The notes beneath the pieces were generated by a model, which was not told the DNA's origin, did no database searches, and saw nothing but the letters and a program-made list of their open reading frames with translations. Below are positions 9,906-20,067 of a stretch of DNA of 64,000 nt, piece by piece. Source of the stretch: an uncultured Verrucomicrobiae bacterium (GTDB lineage Bacteria > Verrucomicrobiota > Verrucomicrobiia > Limisphaerales > DSYF01). A program made the position numbers and the translations under genes. Each line of letters starts with the position of its first letter. Within the stretch, counting starts at the first letter, position 1. The stretch lies in assembly GCA_963751435.1 (NCBI GenBank), contig CAVVUP010000028.1, positions 42,608-106,607 on the forward strand, given 5' to 3'.

Positions 9906-11980
9906 AACCCTTCCAGGAACGACGGGCTGTCGTGGGCCTGGAACCAGATCGCGTAGGAATACGCGGCGGAATTTCGCTCGGGTTTGGGGCGGTCCTGGCG
10001 ATACCAGCGGCCAATGTTGGCGAATGGCAGCATGAGCACGCTGGCTCGGCCGCCGCTTGCGGCGGCGAACGTGGCTTCATAGGCCGGACCGATGAGCCCG
10101 GCTGGTTTGGCGGCGGGACGGATGGCGGCAGTGTCGGGGATGGCTCCGAGGTCTTCGCCGACGTTGGCGGGTGGCGCCACCCGCGCATCGTTCCACCAAA
10201 GGGTGTCGGCGGCGTAAACGACCGGGCCACGGGTGAGGGCCCAGGGCGGGCTGTCGCCGTCCACCGGCCGGTGCATGATTTCCCCGCCCGGCAGCCGGTG
10301 GATGATGGTTCTCCATGGCGCGTCGGAGCGCACCCACTTCAGTTCCATGCCGAGCGACAGTTTGAGGGTATCGCCGGTTTTCCAAACCCGTTCGATAGCG
10401 CGGTAGGTTCCGGGAGTGACGCCGGATTGTTTCCGTCCGTTGAGCCAGAGCCGGGGCGCGGCGCACCAGGAGGGAATCCGCAGGCGCAAGGCAATGGGCG
10501 ACGCGGGCGCGGATTCCACGGTGAGAAGAATATCCGTGCCCTCGGGGTAGTCCGTGTCCTGGCGGAGGCGGAAGTTTGGGCCGCCGCCGAGCGGGACGGC
10601 GGCGGTGGAGGCGGCGTATTGGTTGACGAAGATGCCGCTTTCATCCTTACCGTAGAGGAAGGTGGGCAGCAGGGAAACCATGCGATGGCCGCTGGAGGTG
10701 CAGCAGTCGGGACCGTGGTAATACCCCTCGGGTTTCACGCCGTTGGGCGGGGTGTGGTAGCGGTAGGTTTCACCATCAACGGCCTGGGAGGCGAAGACGT
10801 GGTTCCACAGGAGTTTTTCCATGGCGTCGGCGTATTGGGTTTCGCCGGTAAGTTCGAGGAGGTATTGGGTGAGTTGCAGCCATGACATGGTGGCGCACGT
10901 TTCGACGACGTGGCCGGTGACGGGTTTGACGTAACCGGCTTCGTAATGTTCGCCGACGCTGACGCCGCCGGTGACATACATTTGGCGCGAGGCAATGTCG
11001 TTCCAGGCCCCGACGACCTTGCGCAACAGGGAGGCGTCGCCGGTGATTTCGTAAAGCCGGAGGAAGCCGAGAAAATTCATGTGGAAGGTGTGGGCGTGGA
11101 CATAGGGCTGGACCTCGTGCATGCCGAGGGTGCCGGCGGCGACCTGGTCGAGTTTCGAGAAGCTGTTCCAGCCGCTCCACGAGTCGATGTTTCCCACGAC
11201 CCACTTGCTCCAGTCGGTATAGCTCTGATCACCAGTGGCCAGGGCCAGACGCGTCATCGGGTCAATGAGCAAGGTGCCTTCCCAGCCGTAATGCACGGCA
11301 TGCCCGGCAATCTGCGAAAACCCTTGCAGCACCCGCTCCTTGTTTTCCGGCGGACGCAGGTCGCTTGGCCAGAACCCGGCTTTGTCCGGACCGATGGTGT
11401 GGGTGAAATAGTCGCCGAGTTTTTTTGCGGATTCGAGCGCGGCCTTGTCGCCCCATTGTTCGTAGGCGGTGATGAGCGCGTGGAGTTTGAAATACAGCTC
11501 GTAGGGGTCCATGCCGCGCAGCGGTTTCTCCGGCGTACGGATGTCTTTTGCCGTGATGCCGACGTAACCATCCGGTTCCTGGCTGGCGAGGATGCGCGCG
11601 AGGATCGTCCGCGCCTTCTCGCGCAGCGCAGGATCCGAGTGGGCCGAGGAAAGCACCGCGCTCTCCAGCCATTTGCCGTCCTGTTCACCAGCCCACCACC
11701 AGTCGCGGTGGTTCCGTAACTCGACAAGGCGGGTGTATTTGTCGATGTCGAACCCGTGAAGCGAACCGGTGCGGTTGGCGTCCCAGCGTTGACCCAGAAA
11801 ACCTCGCAGCTCGGGCACTTCATGGACGGTGAGCGGTTGTTGCACGCGGTTGGGCGCGGCGTGAAGCGCGGCGGCTCCGAGCGCAAGTGACAAGCCCATG
11901 GAGACGAAAGCCGCTTGAAATCCGGGGCGCGGAAGGCTTGTCAATATCATGTTCTTCGGTGGCGGTTTTGGTGTAGTCAA
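9902..11980 (-). CDS. GH127-type beta-L-arabinofuranosidase (DUF1680 family)
   Basis: 692-aa ORF with a signal peptide. It has the GH127 hallmark metal/catalytic Cys motifs VETCATMSW and GPDCCTSSGHRM, plus HAHTFHMNFLGFLRLYEITGD. The start may be the ATG at 11950 (MILTSLP...). Confidence 0.8.
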   Translation of the reverse strand: MTTPKPPPKNMILTSLPRPGFQAAFVSMGLSLALGAAALHAAPNRVQQPLTVHEVPELRGFLGQRWDANRTGSLHGFDIDKYTRLVELRNHRDWWWAGEQDGKWLESAVLSSAHSDPALREKARTILARILASQEPDGYVGITAKDIRTPEKPLRGMDPYELYFKLHALITAYEQWGDKAALESAKKLGDYFTHTIGPDKAGFWPSDLRPPENKERVLQGFSQIAGHAVHYGWEGTLLIDPMTRLALATGDQSYTDWSKWVVGNIDSWSGWNSFSKLDQVAAGTLGMHEVQPYVHAHTFHMNFLGFLRLYEITGDASLLRKVVGAWNDIASRQMYVTGGVSVGEHYEAGYVKPVTGHVVETCATMSWLQLTQYLLELTGETQYADAMEKLLWNHVFASQAVDGETYRYHTPPNGVKPEGYYHGPDCCTSSGHRMVSLLPTFLYGKDESGIFVNQYAASTAAVPLGGGPNFRLRQDTDYPEGTDILLTVESAPASPIALRLRIPSWCAAPRLWLNGRKQSGVTPGTYRAIERVWKTGDTLKLSLGMELKWVRSDAPWRTIIHRLPGGEIMHRPVDGDSPPWALTRGPVVYAADTLWWNDARVAPPANVGEDLGAIPDTAAIRPAAKPAGLIGPAYEATFAAASGGRASVLMLPFANIGRWYRQDRPKPERNSAAYSYAIWFQAHDSPSFLEGF

Positions 11981-14900
11981 TCTGCACCCGACCCAACCAG
12001 CAGGCGCACCGGACCGAGCAGGCCGGCCGGCTGCAGAGGATCGCCCGCCTTGAAAGGGTTGTGCGTGAGCGAGGTGCGGCGCTCTTCCTTCGTCCGTCCC
12101 GCATCGCCCACCAGGCGGTTGTGCCAGCTATTCACGACTTCCACCGTCAATTCATTTCGACCGGGCTTCAGCGCGGAAGTGATGTCCACCTGGTAGGGAT
12201 AGGTCCACAAGGTCGGGAACTCCCGGCCGTTGACGCGGACCGTGGCCATGGATTCGACGCGGCCGAGGTCGAGCTTGATGGCCGGCGGCCGATTTGAAAT
12301 CTGAAATTCCGCCGTGTAGGTCGCGCGGCCGGAATGGAACTTGATCTCCGGCTCCGGTCGCTCGGTCCATGACACGAGCGCATCAAACGTCACCCGGCGC
12401 TCCGGAAAGGCGACCTGCCACGGTCCGGTGATTTCCCGGGCGGCTGCCGCTTCGGCAGATTCGAGCGAGGCTGTGCCGGGCGGCACGGGACCAAAGACAA
12501 CGAAAACCGAACCAATCGGTGGCAGGCGCAGATCGAGCGACGAACAGCCATTGGTTTCGGTGTGGCTGACGCTTTGGATTTCCGAGTTGACCGGGTTCCA
12601 TAGGCTGGCCGGGCGGCCTGTGACACGGAACGTGATGGTTTCGGCGCGCTCCTTCGCCGATTGGTTCGAGAGGAAGTAGAGGTCGACCTCTGGCGTCCGC
12701 CGGTGGGTCCAGAGGATTTCGGGCGGGGCGATGACATCCGGTGGCAGCGCGAGCGCGGCGGGATCGGGCAGTGCGTCCCAGGTGGCGTGGCGGCGCACTG
12801 CCTCGTCGCAGGCCGGGTGGTTTTGCAAACTGGGCGAGCGTGTTGGCTTCGGGCCTATGATTTTGGCTCCGGCTTGGGCGAGGTCGCGCAGGCGGCGCGC
12901 CACGGCCGGGCGCATCGTCGGGGAATCCGACAGGATCAGCGCGGCATAACTGGCGCCATCAGGCAAGACCAGGCGACCGGCGCGCGCTTCCAGGCGGTTG
13001 AGAATGGCATCGGCATTGATGAAGTCATAGTCGTGCCCGGTCGGAATCGGCGGCGGCATGGGCCCGGTCATCTTCGGGGCGTCCTCGGTGATGAATATGG
13101 CGTAGTCCGCCACGGGCTGACCGGCTTGCAGCAGCACCGAACAGCGGCGCAGGTAGTCAATCCAGGACTTGGATTGCTCGAACCAGGTGTTGTGGCGGTT
13201 GAACTCGGTGCCGAACCAAGCGTTGAGACCGGGTTGTTGCCCGTCCGGCTGGTGGATATAGACATGCAGCACAAACTGATTGATGCCCTGACAGAAGGCC
13301 CAGTCGCCCTGGGCCTTGAGGTCGCGCGGGGTGGTTTGGAAGGTGAGATTTCTGGAGGTGAAGGCCTCGGCCCAGACGGGCGACTTGCCATAAACGTGGG
13401 CGGCCGACGAGGCATCGCGGATCTCCACGGTATTGTGATTGCGCCCGAGCCAGAACTCGCCGCTGACCTCATCGGTGTAGGCACCGTAAAGCAGGAACTC
13501 GGAGGGGAAGCCGAAATGCCCGTAGTTCTCCAGCCAGAGCTTCATGCCCTGGGCATGGGTCAAGTCGCGCAGGCCGCCGACGTAATCGCGGGCGATGCGC
13601 TCGGCGACGAGACGGCGCAGATCCCAGAGGAACCGATCCGTCGCGTCCGCCGAGCCGACGACGCGGCCGTAGATCGCGGGGAGATACGGCCGCGGGTCGT
13701 AGCCGTAGGTTTTTTGAAAATCCTCGCGCAGGCCGTCGGTCCAGTTTTGCAGGCCGGTTTCGTAGCTGTCGGCGATGATGTATTTCCAGGACGCGCGCTC
13801 CTCGGGTTTGAGGCGTCGCAGCAATTCGCCGACATAGGCATCGAAGAGAGTGGCCAGGTGCTGCCGGTTCATTTTGTCCACCTCGGGACCGGTCAGGCCT
13901 AGGGAAGCGGGTTTGTTCATCGTGCCGGTCGGCACCATGCCGACGTGCTGGAGGATCCAGTTTCCGGGCGGGACATCCCAGACGAGCGAGCCGTCGGGTT
14001 GCACCTTTCCGGTAAGATCAACGACGCGGGACGGATCAATCGCGAGCGACGCCTGGTCGCCTTCGGACGCGGGCGGCCAGACATAGGCATCGAAGGGCGG
14101 CACGCTGTTTTCATGGGACTTCAACAACGCTTTCCCGGCGAAATCCTCGACCCGCGCGGCGGGTGAAAGCCGGATTTCACCCAGCGATTTCTCCGCCGCG
14201 AACGGCAGGCCATTCGTGGTGAAATCGAGCCGGAAATAACGCGCGGTGACCGCGGGAAACGACACCGCCACCGGCGCGAGGGAAACCGGCCCAAGCCCGT
14301 GTTTGAGCGTGGTGCGGGCCACCGTGAATTTCCGGATCGATCGGAATTCCACGCCGTCATCCGAGGCCAGCAACTCGGCCTTGGCATTGAGCACTTCTTT
14401 GGGCTGGACGATCAGGCTGCGCACGGTGACCGGCGCTTGGGCGGCGAAACGCACCGTGTTGCCCTGCTTTTCGATCACCGGCACCACGACATCGTCGCCT
14501 TCCGGCGCGGGAAAGGCGAGCAGCGCCACGGATTGGAAGTTTTCGGCATTCGTCCCAGTCGGCACGGGCGGCTTGCCGGTGAAGCGCTGGGGTCCCTGAA
14601 GGCGGATTTCCTCCTGAACCAGATAGCGCATGGCCTGGTTCGGCTTCACCCACGGGCCGCCCGACTGGCTCCAGCCGGGGCAGTTAAACAGGCCGATATC
14701 CACACCGAGCCGGGTGCCCTCGCGCACGGCATGTTCGAGATTGTCCCACCAGGGGTCGGTGAGCGGCTTCGGGTTGAGTTCGGTGCGGGTACCAATGGCC
14801 CCACCGATGATGCCGATGTAAGCCCCGCCGATGCCGACGCGCTTCATGGCCTCCAGATCCCGGGTGATGCCCTCCTTGCTGACGTGGTCGTCGAACCAAT

Positions 14901-15042
14901 ACCAATAGCAGCGCGGCTGGGTGGTCTCCGGCGGGTTGCGGAAATCCCGCTCCAACGCGGCGACCTCCGCGCGGCAAGGCAGCGCGACGCCAAGGAAGGC
15001 GGCCGCGAGCAGGAGAAGTTTGGCACGAGATAATGCGTTCAT
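11977..15042 (-). CDS. GH106-like glycosidase (putative alpha-L-rhamnosidase) with C-terminal galactose-binding-like domain; intact
   Basis: 1021-aa ORF. It has a signal peptide (LLLLAAAFLGVALPCRA), a YWYWF..EGITRDLEAMKRVGIGG N-terminus and a C-terminal VNGREFPTLWTYPYQVDITSALKPGRNELTVEVVNSWHNRLVGD. The family assignment is from memory of PF17132-type proteins and is not searched. Confidence 0.65.
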   Translation of the reverse strand: MNALSRAKLLLLAAAFLGVALPCRAEVAALERDFRNPPETTQPRCYWYWFDDHVSKEGITRDLEAMKRVGIGGAYIGIIGGAIGTRTELNPKPLTDPWWDNLEHAVREGTRLGVDIGLFNCPGWSQSGGPWVKPNQAMRYLVQEEIRLQGPQRFTGKPPVPTGTNAENFQSVALLAFPAPEGDDVVVPVIEKQGNTVRFAAQAPVTVRSLIVQPKEVLNAKAELLASDDGVEFRSIRKFTVARTTLKHGLGPVSLAPVAVSFPAVTARYFRLDFTTNGLPFAAEKSLGEIRLSPAARVEDFAGKALLKSHENSVPPFDAYVWPPASEGDQASLAIDPSRVVDLTGKVQPDGSLVWDVPPGNWILQHVGMVPTGTMNKPASLGLTGPEVDKMNRQHLATLFDAYVGELLRRLKPEERASWKYIIADSYETGLQNWTDGLREDFQKTYGYDPRPYLPAIYGRVVGSADATDRFLWDLRRLVAERIARDYVGGLRDLTHAQGMKLWLENYGHFGFPSEFLLYGAYTDEVSGEFWLGRNHNTVEIRDASSAAHVYGKSPVWAEAFTSRNLTFQTTPRDLKAQGDWAFCQGINQFVLHVYIHQPDGQQPGLNAWFGTEFNRHNTWFEQSKSWIDYLRRCSVLLQAGQPVADYAIFITEDAPKMTGPMPPPIPTGHDYDFINADAILNRLEARAGRLVLPDGASYAALILSDSPTMRPAVARRLRDLAQAGAKIIGPKPTRSPSLQNHPACDEAVRRHATWDALPDPAALALPPDVIAPPEILWTHRRTPEVDLYFLSNQSAKERAETITFRVTGRPASLWNPVNSEIQSVSHTETNGCSSLDLRLPPIGSVFVVFGPVPPGTASLESAEAAAAREITGPWQVAFPERRVTFDALVSWTERPEPEIKFHSGRATYTAEFQISNRPPAIKLDLGRVESMATVRVNGREFPTLWTYPYQVDITSALKPGRNELTVEVVNSWHNRLVGDAGRTKEERRTSLTHNPFKAGDPLQPAGLLGPVRLLVGSGAD

Positions 15043-15067
15043 TGGATTGGCGGATTGTCAAAAGAGA

Positions 15068-17104
15068 TTACCGAGGCGTCCGGCCCTGTGGCAGATACAA
15101 GGGGCGGCTGCCTACACTTTCGGTGGATGACTCAGCAGGTGACGCTACCGTGGGAGAAGATAAGGCGGAATCCCAGCCATCAGGATGAAACTGCACCTCT
15201 CCCTTGACCACCGGCAGCACCCTGCCGTCCACCGTCGCCCCGGTCACGCGGCCGGACACGTGAATCGCAAGCGGCACTCGCGCCGCCCACCAAGAGTGGG
15301 GCGCGGCGGCCTCTACCCGCACGATCAGGCGTTGCGCATCGCCGGAGCCCGTGACGCGGGCCCCCTCGCGCAGGAGTTTCCAGACCATCAGATCGCCCTG
15401 CGAGGCATACCAGACACCGGGTCGGCGACCGTAGGTGTGGAGCGTCTCCTCGAAGGCCAGCCAATCCGCTTCCGTGACGATCTCGTAGGTGTGGCCCCAG
15501 AGATAGAAGACCCCCCGCGTGGCATTGGTGGCGCGCTGCCATTCCGCCTCGATCCGGTCACGGGCGGCGAGGAAATGGGCGCTGGTCTTCAGGACAAGCG
15601 GATCGCCAAGGTCATCGAGCGAGAGCGGCCCGTTCATCGTGCTGCGGCAGGAAAGATAGCCCGCGTCCTGCTGCGCGCGGAGGACGTAGTCGCCCTGCGC
15701 ATCAAAAGCGGCGCCATAGTTGAACGGATAGGCGAAGGAGATCACCGGATGGCCGGTCTTGCTTTCGAGAAACCGCCGCATCAGCACGCTTTCGTCGCGG
15801 CAGCGCCGGGGCGACTGCAACGGATAGAAGGGGTGGCTCCAGGAATGGGAGCCGACCTCCATGCCAAGGTCCTCTAGTTCCTTCCAGCGATTTACCATGC
15901 GGGAATTCCGGTTGAAAAAGAACGAGGCGCGCCAGCCGTGGCGGTGCAGCAGTTCCGCGGCGCGCTGGTCCTGCGGAATACCGTCGTCCCATGATTGCAC
16001 GGCCGCCATGCGGGCTCCGCCGGGAAAGTCCGCGAGGGAAACTTTGGCCGGGTCGAGACCGCTGCCAACGACCTCGATCATGTATTGCCGGCGCTCGGCG
16101 CCAAACAACGGGATGACCGACTCCTCCAAGCCGGCTGGAGAGACTGGCGACGGGCTTTCAAAGCGCCGCTCCAGCAGCGCCCGTTGCGGCGTGCCGCCGA
16201 CCGGCCGGATTTCCGATACTATTCCCGTGAGAAACGTCGTCGTCTCCAAGGCTGGGGGCGTCACGAACGATCCTCCTCCGGCCTGGGTCCACCGCAATGA
16301 AACCGGCCTGTCGGTGATCACGCGCAGATGCCCGCCGCCGAGATCCGCGGGAAACCGGAGTTGGTCCGGCTCGACCCCGAGTGCCAGCGCTTCCATGAAG
16401 GCGCTTCCGGAAGCCGGTCGACCATTCCTCACGCTCAAGCCGACCAGGGGAGCGGAGCGCATGTTGCGGGTTTGGTTCTTGCCCCAGCGGATGGCGGCGG
16501 CTGGACGGGACAGGTAAATGCCGAACCGGCAAAGCGGGTTGCCGCCGGTTTTCGACGGAGCGTGATAGAGGTTCACCGACAGGACAGAATTCCCGCCGGC
16601 ATCGAGGCATTCGAAATCAATCAGTTTGCGGGTATTGTTTTCCGGCCCGAACTCCAGCTCCACGGTGTGCCATCCCGCTTCCAGGGCCGAAGGAAGACTC
16701 CATGTGGCGGATGTCCCGTTGGTTGCGGCGGCCTCGAAAGCAATCGCGGGGATGCCATTGGAAAGGGTGGTCCTTCCAGAACCATCTGCCTGCTCGATCA
16801 AAAGCTTCACGCCGCCGTGGGCGGGATCATCGCCCTGCGCCATCGTAGAAATTGCAAGACTGCCATCGCGGGTGCGCAGCGCCTGTTCGATCTGACCAGC
16901 CGTCTGCCGCTGATTATTCACGGGAGTGCCGTTCCTTCGGTTGTCCTCCATCCGCCAACTCAACTGTGTTTGTGCGAAGTCCACGCTGACCGGCGCGACC
17001 TGATTTTCGCAGCGTAAATCGCGAAAAGCAGCGGCGGGTAGAATGTAACAACTGCCCGCCAGACAGAGGGCCGCTAGGAATCGGATTATTACCTTCCGAT
17101 TCAT
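15068..17104 (-). CDS. Polysaccharide deacetylase (CE4/NodB-type) with a chimeric N-terminus borrowed from GH78 genes
   Basis: 678-aa ORF. NodB motifs are present: SWDDGIPQD and GSHSWSHP. Residues 25-68 (AAFRDLRCENQVAPVSVDFAQTQLSWRMEDNRRNGTPVNNQRQTA) match the first ~65 residues of both GH78 genes. Confidence 0.7.
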   Translation of the reverse strand: MNRKVIIRFLAALCLAGSCYILPAAAFRDLRCENQVAPVSVDFAQTQLSWRMEDNRRNGTPVNNQRQTAGQIEQALRTRDGSLAISTMAQGDDPAHGGVKLLIEQADGSGRTTLSNGIPAIAFEAAATNGTSATWSLPSALEAGWHTVELEFGPENNTRKLIDFECLDAGGNSVLSVNLYHAPSKTGGNPLCRFGIYLSRPAAAIRWGKNQTRNMRSAPLVGLSVRNGRPASGSAFMEALALGVEPDQLRFPADLGGGHLRVITDRPVSLRWTQAGGGSFVTPPALETTTFLTGIVSEIRPVGGTPQRALLERRFESPSPVSPAGLEESVIPLFGAERRQYMIEVVGSGLDPAKVSLADFPGGARMAAVQSWDDGIPQDQRAAELLHRHGWRASFFFNRNSRMVNRWKELEDLGMEVGSHSWSHPFYPLQSPRRCRDESVLMRRFLESKTGHPVISFAYPFNYGAAFDAQGDYVLRAQQDAGYLSCRSTMNGPLSLDDLGDPLVLKTSAHFLAARDRIEAEWQRATNATRGVFYLWGHTYEIVTEADWLAFEETLHTYGRRPGVWYASQGDLMVWKLLREGARVTGSGDAQRLIVRVEAAAPHSWWAARVPLAIHVSGRVTGATVDGRVLPVVKGEVQFHPDGWDSALSSPTVASPAESSTESVGSRPLYLPQGRTPR

Positions 17105-17107
17105 GGC

Positions 17108-18520
17108 TTAGTCCTTTTCCAACAAGTCCACTGAATCGGGATCTTTGCCGATGCAGGTCTTCGGGCGTCCGTCCGCGCGGTAAACAACTATCAAAGTCTT
17201 GACGACGCCATAGGCAGGATCGTCGCCGTCCGCGAGTGTGGAAACCGTGAAGCGTCCATCGCCGGTGCGCATCGCCTGTTCGACCTTGGCCTTCACGTCG
17301 CGAATCCGCGCCAGGTTGTTGCCATTCAAATCGCCATAGGTGGCAGACTCGATGACGATCTGGTTCGGCGAATAGCGCCGGAGAGCCGCCAACGGGACGG
17401 GCGGGATGACGAAATCCTTGTCGCCGATGGTGGCATCCCACTGCAACGGGCGGATGTTGCCGTCCTCGGTAAATTCCAGCGGCCGACTCCAGTATTGAAA
17501 ATCGTGCCCCTTGACGCCGTCGGGCCGCGAACCCCAGCGGTCGCCCATCCAGAGATAAACCGGGCCGCGCGGCGTGGGCAATTGGGCGACATACGTCTGC
17601 TGCGCGGCGATGATGGGGTTGCCCAAGGCGTCGCGATTGATGTTGCCACGGATTGCGTATGGACCGAGCGGTTTCTCCGCCACATAGACGCGCGCCCCAC
17701 TGCCCTCGGGACAGAAGCAGCAGCAGTTGTCGAAAAGCGCGTAGTAAAGCTTCTTCCGCTTGAAGAGCGCCGGCGCTTCGCAGCCATCCGCGAGAAAGCC
17801 GCTGTTCTCCAGGGTCGAACTCAAATAGTCTGGCGCGAGCTTCTCGACGGAGATCGAGTGCTTGTTGGCAATCGAGGTATAGATCAGGTACCCGGTGCCG
17901 TCGTCGTCCACCAGCAGGTTGTGGTCGCCGGGCTTTGCCTGGGCAACCTTGACGTTGCCGTTCCGGATCACGAACGGCCCCCGCGGCGTGCCGCTCGTGG
18001 CCACGCCGTACTGGCCGTCCCACAGCGTGGCATACCAATTGTACCAGAGCACGTATTCGCGGGTCCGCTTGTTGTAAACGACGTACGGGCGGTAGTAGAC
18101 GCCGTCGGGCGGATTTTGGAGCAGTTCGCCCTCCAGTTCCCACGTCACCAAATCGGCCGAACTGTAACAGCGGTAGCGGTTATTCTTGTTGAAGCCGTCC
18201 GTGGTGCCGTAGGCGGTGCCGTAGAGGTAATAGCGGTCGCCAAACTTCTGCAGGGAACCGTCGTGGGCATCCACAATCTGCCCGTCCGCCGTGCGGCGCG
18301 GCTGGCGGTTGCTGATGACGGGGCCGGTGGAAACCTTCGCCCCGGTGCAAACGGCACAGCCGGCCTCCACCAGCGCGACGAAGGACAGCGCCGCCGCCAG
18401 CAGGCCGCGGCCAAGAATCAATTGTGCCTTCATGGGGAAGTTCTCCTTTAACCTAACCTGAATGAACTTCTGCCGATCAACCTTCAAGTCGGTTGTGACC
18501 GTTGAAGGTTGCAAGTTCAA
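17108..18520 (-). CDS. GH43 family glycosidase (five-bladed propeller) with C-terminal small beta-sandwich module
   Basis: 470-aa ORF with a signal peptide. It has IVDAHDGSLQKFGDRYYLYGTAY, LWYNWY and CEAPALFKRKKLYYALF, and resembles the N-terminal module of 21979..25413. The C-terminal module is ATYGDLNGNN...VEQAMRTGDGRFTVSTLADGDDPAYGVVKTLIVVY. Confidence 0.65.
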   Translation of the reverse strand: MNLQPSTVTTDLKVDRQKFIQVRLKENFPMKAQLILGRGLLAAALSFVALVEAGCAVCTGAKVSTGPVISNRQPRRTADGQIVDAHDGSLQKFGDRYYLYGTAYGTTDGFNKNNRYRCYSSADLVTWELEGELLQNPPDGVYYRPYVVYNKRTREYVLWYNWYATLWDGQYGVATSGTPRGPFVIRNGNVKVAQAKPGDHNLLVDDDGTGYLIYTSIANKHSISVEKLAPDYLSSTLENSGFLADGCEAPALFKRKKLYYALFDNCCCFCPEGSGARVYVAEKPLGPYAIRGNINRDALGNPIIAAQQTYVAQLPTPRGPVYLWMGDRWGSRPDGVKGHDFQYWSRPLEFTEDGNIRPLQWDATIGDKDFVIPPVPLAALRRYSPNQIVIESATYGDLNGNNLARIRDVKAKVEQAMRTGDGRFTVSTLADGDDPAYGVVKTLIVVYRADGRPKTCIGKDPDSVDLLEKD

Positions 18521-18549
18521 CTTTGAGCGTTGAGCGTTCCTTCTTCAAA

Positions 18550-19980
18550 TCAGCACACCACGACCGTCTCCAGGCCGAGCAACTTGCCGAGGATTTCGAT
18601 CTGGTGCGCGACGTGGCCGACGCCGACGGCGCAGTGGTGCGCCGGGCCGTGCGCGTTCCAGCCGTTCATGAAGCCGCGCGCGCCGACCGGGAACTTGTAG
18701 CGACTGTTGGTATTGCCGATTTCCAGGATCGGCCCCGGAACCGACTCGCCCTCCGCCACGAGCAGCTTGAGGCGGTTGTCGGCCGTCTCCACCACGCTGA
18801 GCAGGGTGACGGGGCCGTGCTTGACGGACATTTCCACGGACAATCCCTTCCCCACCTTGCCATGATAGACGGTGAGCGGGCGCACCTTCGTCCGGCCCTG
18901 GGCGATGGCGATGTGGCCGGGGCCGTCGTGGCCCATCAGGACCACGTCATCATTCCAATCCACCGCGTAGTATTCGGTGAACGAGCCGCCCGCGCCGAGG
19001 ATGTCCATGATCTTCATGGCCTGGACATTCTTGATCTCGAGCTCGCCGGCGACGGGACAGCCCCGGGCGGTCAGGAGCGAATTGCCAAGGATGATGGAAC
19101 TGAGCGTGTCCTCGTTCTCGGTGATGCCGGTGCCCATGTAGTAATAGGCCATCGAGCCCAGCCGCTTGTCCGCGACCAACCGGTCCAGGGCTACCGAGGT
19201 GCGGGCCGCCCGGGCCAGTTCTTCCTCCGAACAGTCCGACTGCACGTCAAATTCGGTCCGGAACAGCGCGACCCGATCCGCGATCTGCGATGGGCTCACC
19301 TCACGGCGCAGGGCGCTGAGTTCGTCCACCTCCAACAGTTCGATATGCGTGCCGAAGGCGGCGCTCTGGAGGGTGAGGTCGGAGTAGATGTCGAGCATGC
19401 CGCCGTAGTAATGGCCCATGACGCCGAGTCGGTTGTGGGACATGACGTGGGCGACCTTCGCGGCGTTGATCCAGCGATCGATCTCCTGCCAGACGTCCGG
19501 GTCATTGTGCAATTGCCCGGTGATCTGGAAGAAGGGCAGGCGGGCGCGGGTGAGGACGTTGGCGATTTCCGGCACCGGGCAGGCGCCGCAGTGGGCGAGC
19601 CATTCCCCGGTCATGGCGCGGCGGTCGCCGGAACGGTTGAACTTCTCGTAGGGGATCGCCGCCAGCGGTGAGAGGTTCAGCACCACCACCGGCACCTTGG
19701 CGCGACGGATCAAGGGCAGGACGGTCGAGGACAGGGCGTAGGTGGTGGAATGAAGGAAAATCAGGTCCACCTCGTTGCGGCGACAGGTGTGCCCGGCGGC
19801 ATACGCGGCGTCCACGTTGTCAATCAACCCGAGATTGACCAGTTGGAGACCCGGCCGGGCCAGTTTGCCGGCCACGACCGCCATGTCGGCTTCGAGCTTT
19901 TCCTTGAGGCCGGGAAACTGCGGCCAGTAGGCATCGAGACCGATGCCGGCGTAGGCGATATTGAGAGCAGGAGATGTCAT
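18550..19980 (-). CDS. L-arabinose isomerase (AraA)-family sugar isomerase
   Basis: The ORF is read from the ATG at 19980 (MTSPALNIAYAG...). Its architecture is colinear with AraA as I remember it: GELEIKNVQAMKIMDIL..GGSFTEYY..VLMGHDGPGH and ...HGPAHHCAVGVGH near the C-terminus. Confidence 0.65.
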   Translation of the reverse strand: MTSPALNIAYAGIGLDAYWPQFPGLKEKLEADMAVVAGKLARPGLQLVNLGLIDNVDAAYAAGHTCRRNEVDLIFLHSTTYALSSTVLPLIRRAKVPVVVLNLSPLAAIPYEKFNRSGDRRAMTGEWLAHCGACPVPEIANVLTRARLPFFQITGQLHNDPDVWQEIDRWINAAKVAHVMSHNRLGVMGHYYGGMLDIYSDLTLQSAAFGTHIELLEVDELSALRREVSPSQIADRVALFRTEFDVQSDCSEEELARAARTSVALDRLVADKRLGSMAYYYMGTGITENEDTLSSIILGNSLLTARGCPVAGELEIKNVQAMKIMDILGAGGSFTEYYAVDWNDDVVLMGHDGPGHIAIAQGRTKVRPLTVYHGKVGKGLSVEMSVKHGPVTLLSVVETADNRLKLLVAEGESVPGPILEIGNTNSRYKFPVGARGFMNGWNAHGPAHHCAVGVGHVAHQIEILGKLLGLETVVVC

Positions 19981-20067
19981 GCGGGAATTCTCAGCAGACT
20001 TGTGACCCGGGTCCAGCACCAAGATTCCCGGGACGCAAGCCCCGACCCACCGCTCCGGCAACCCACT

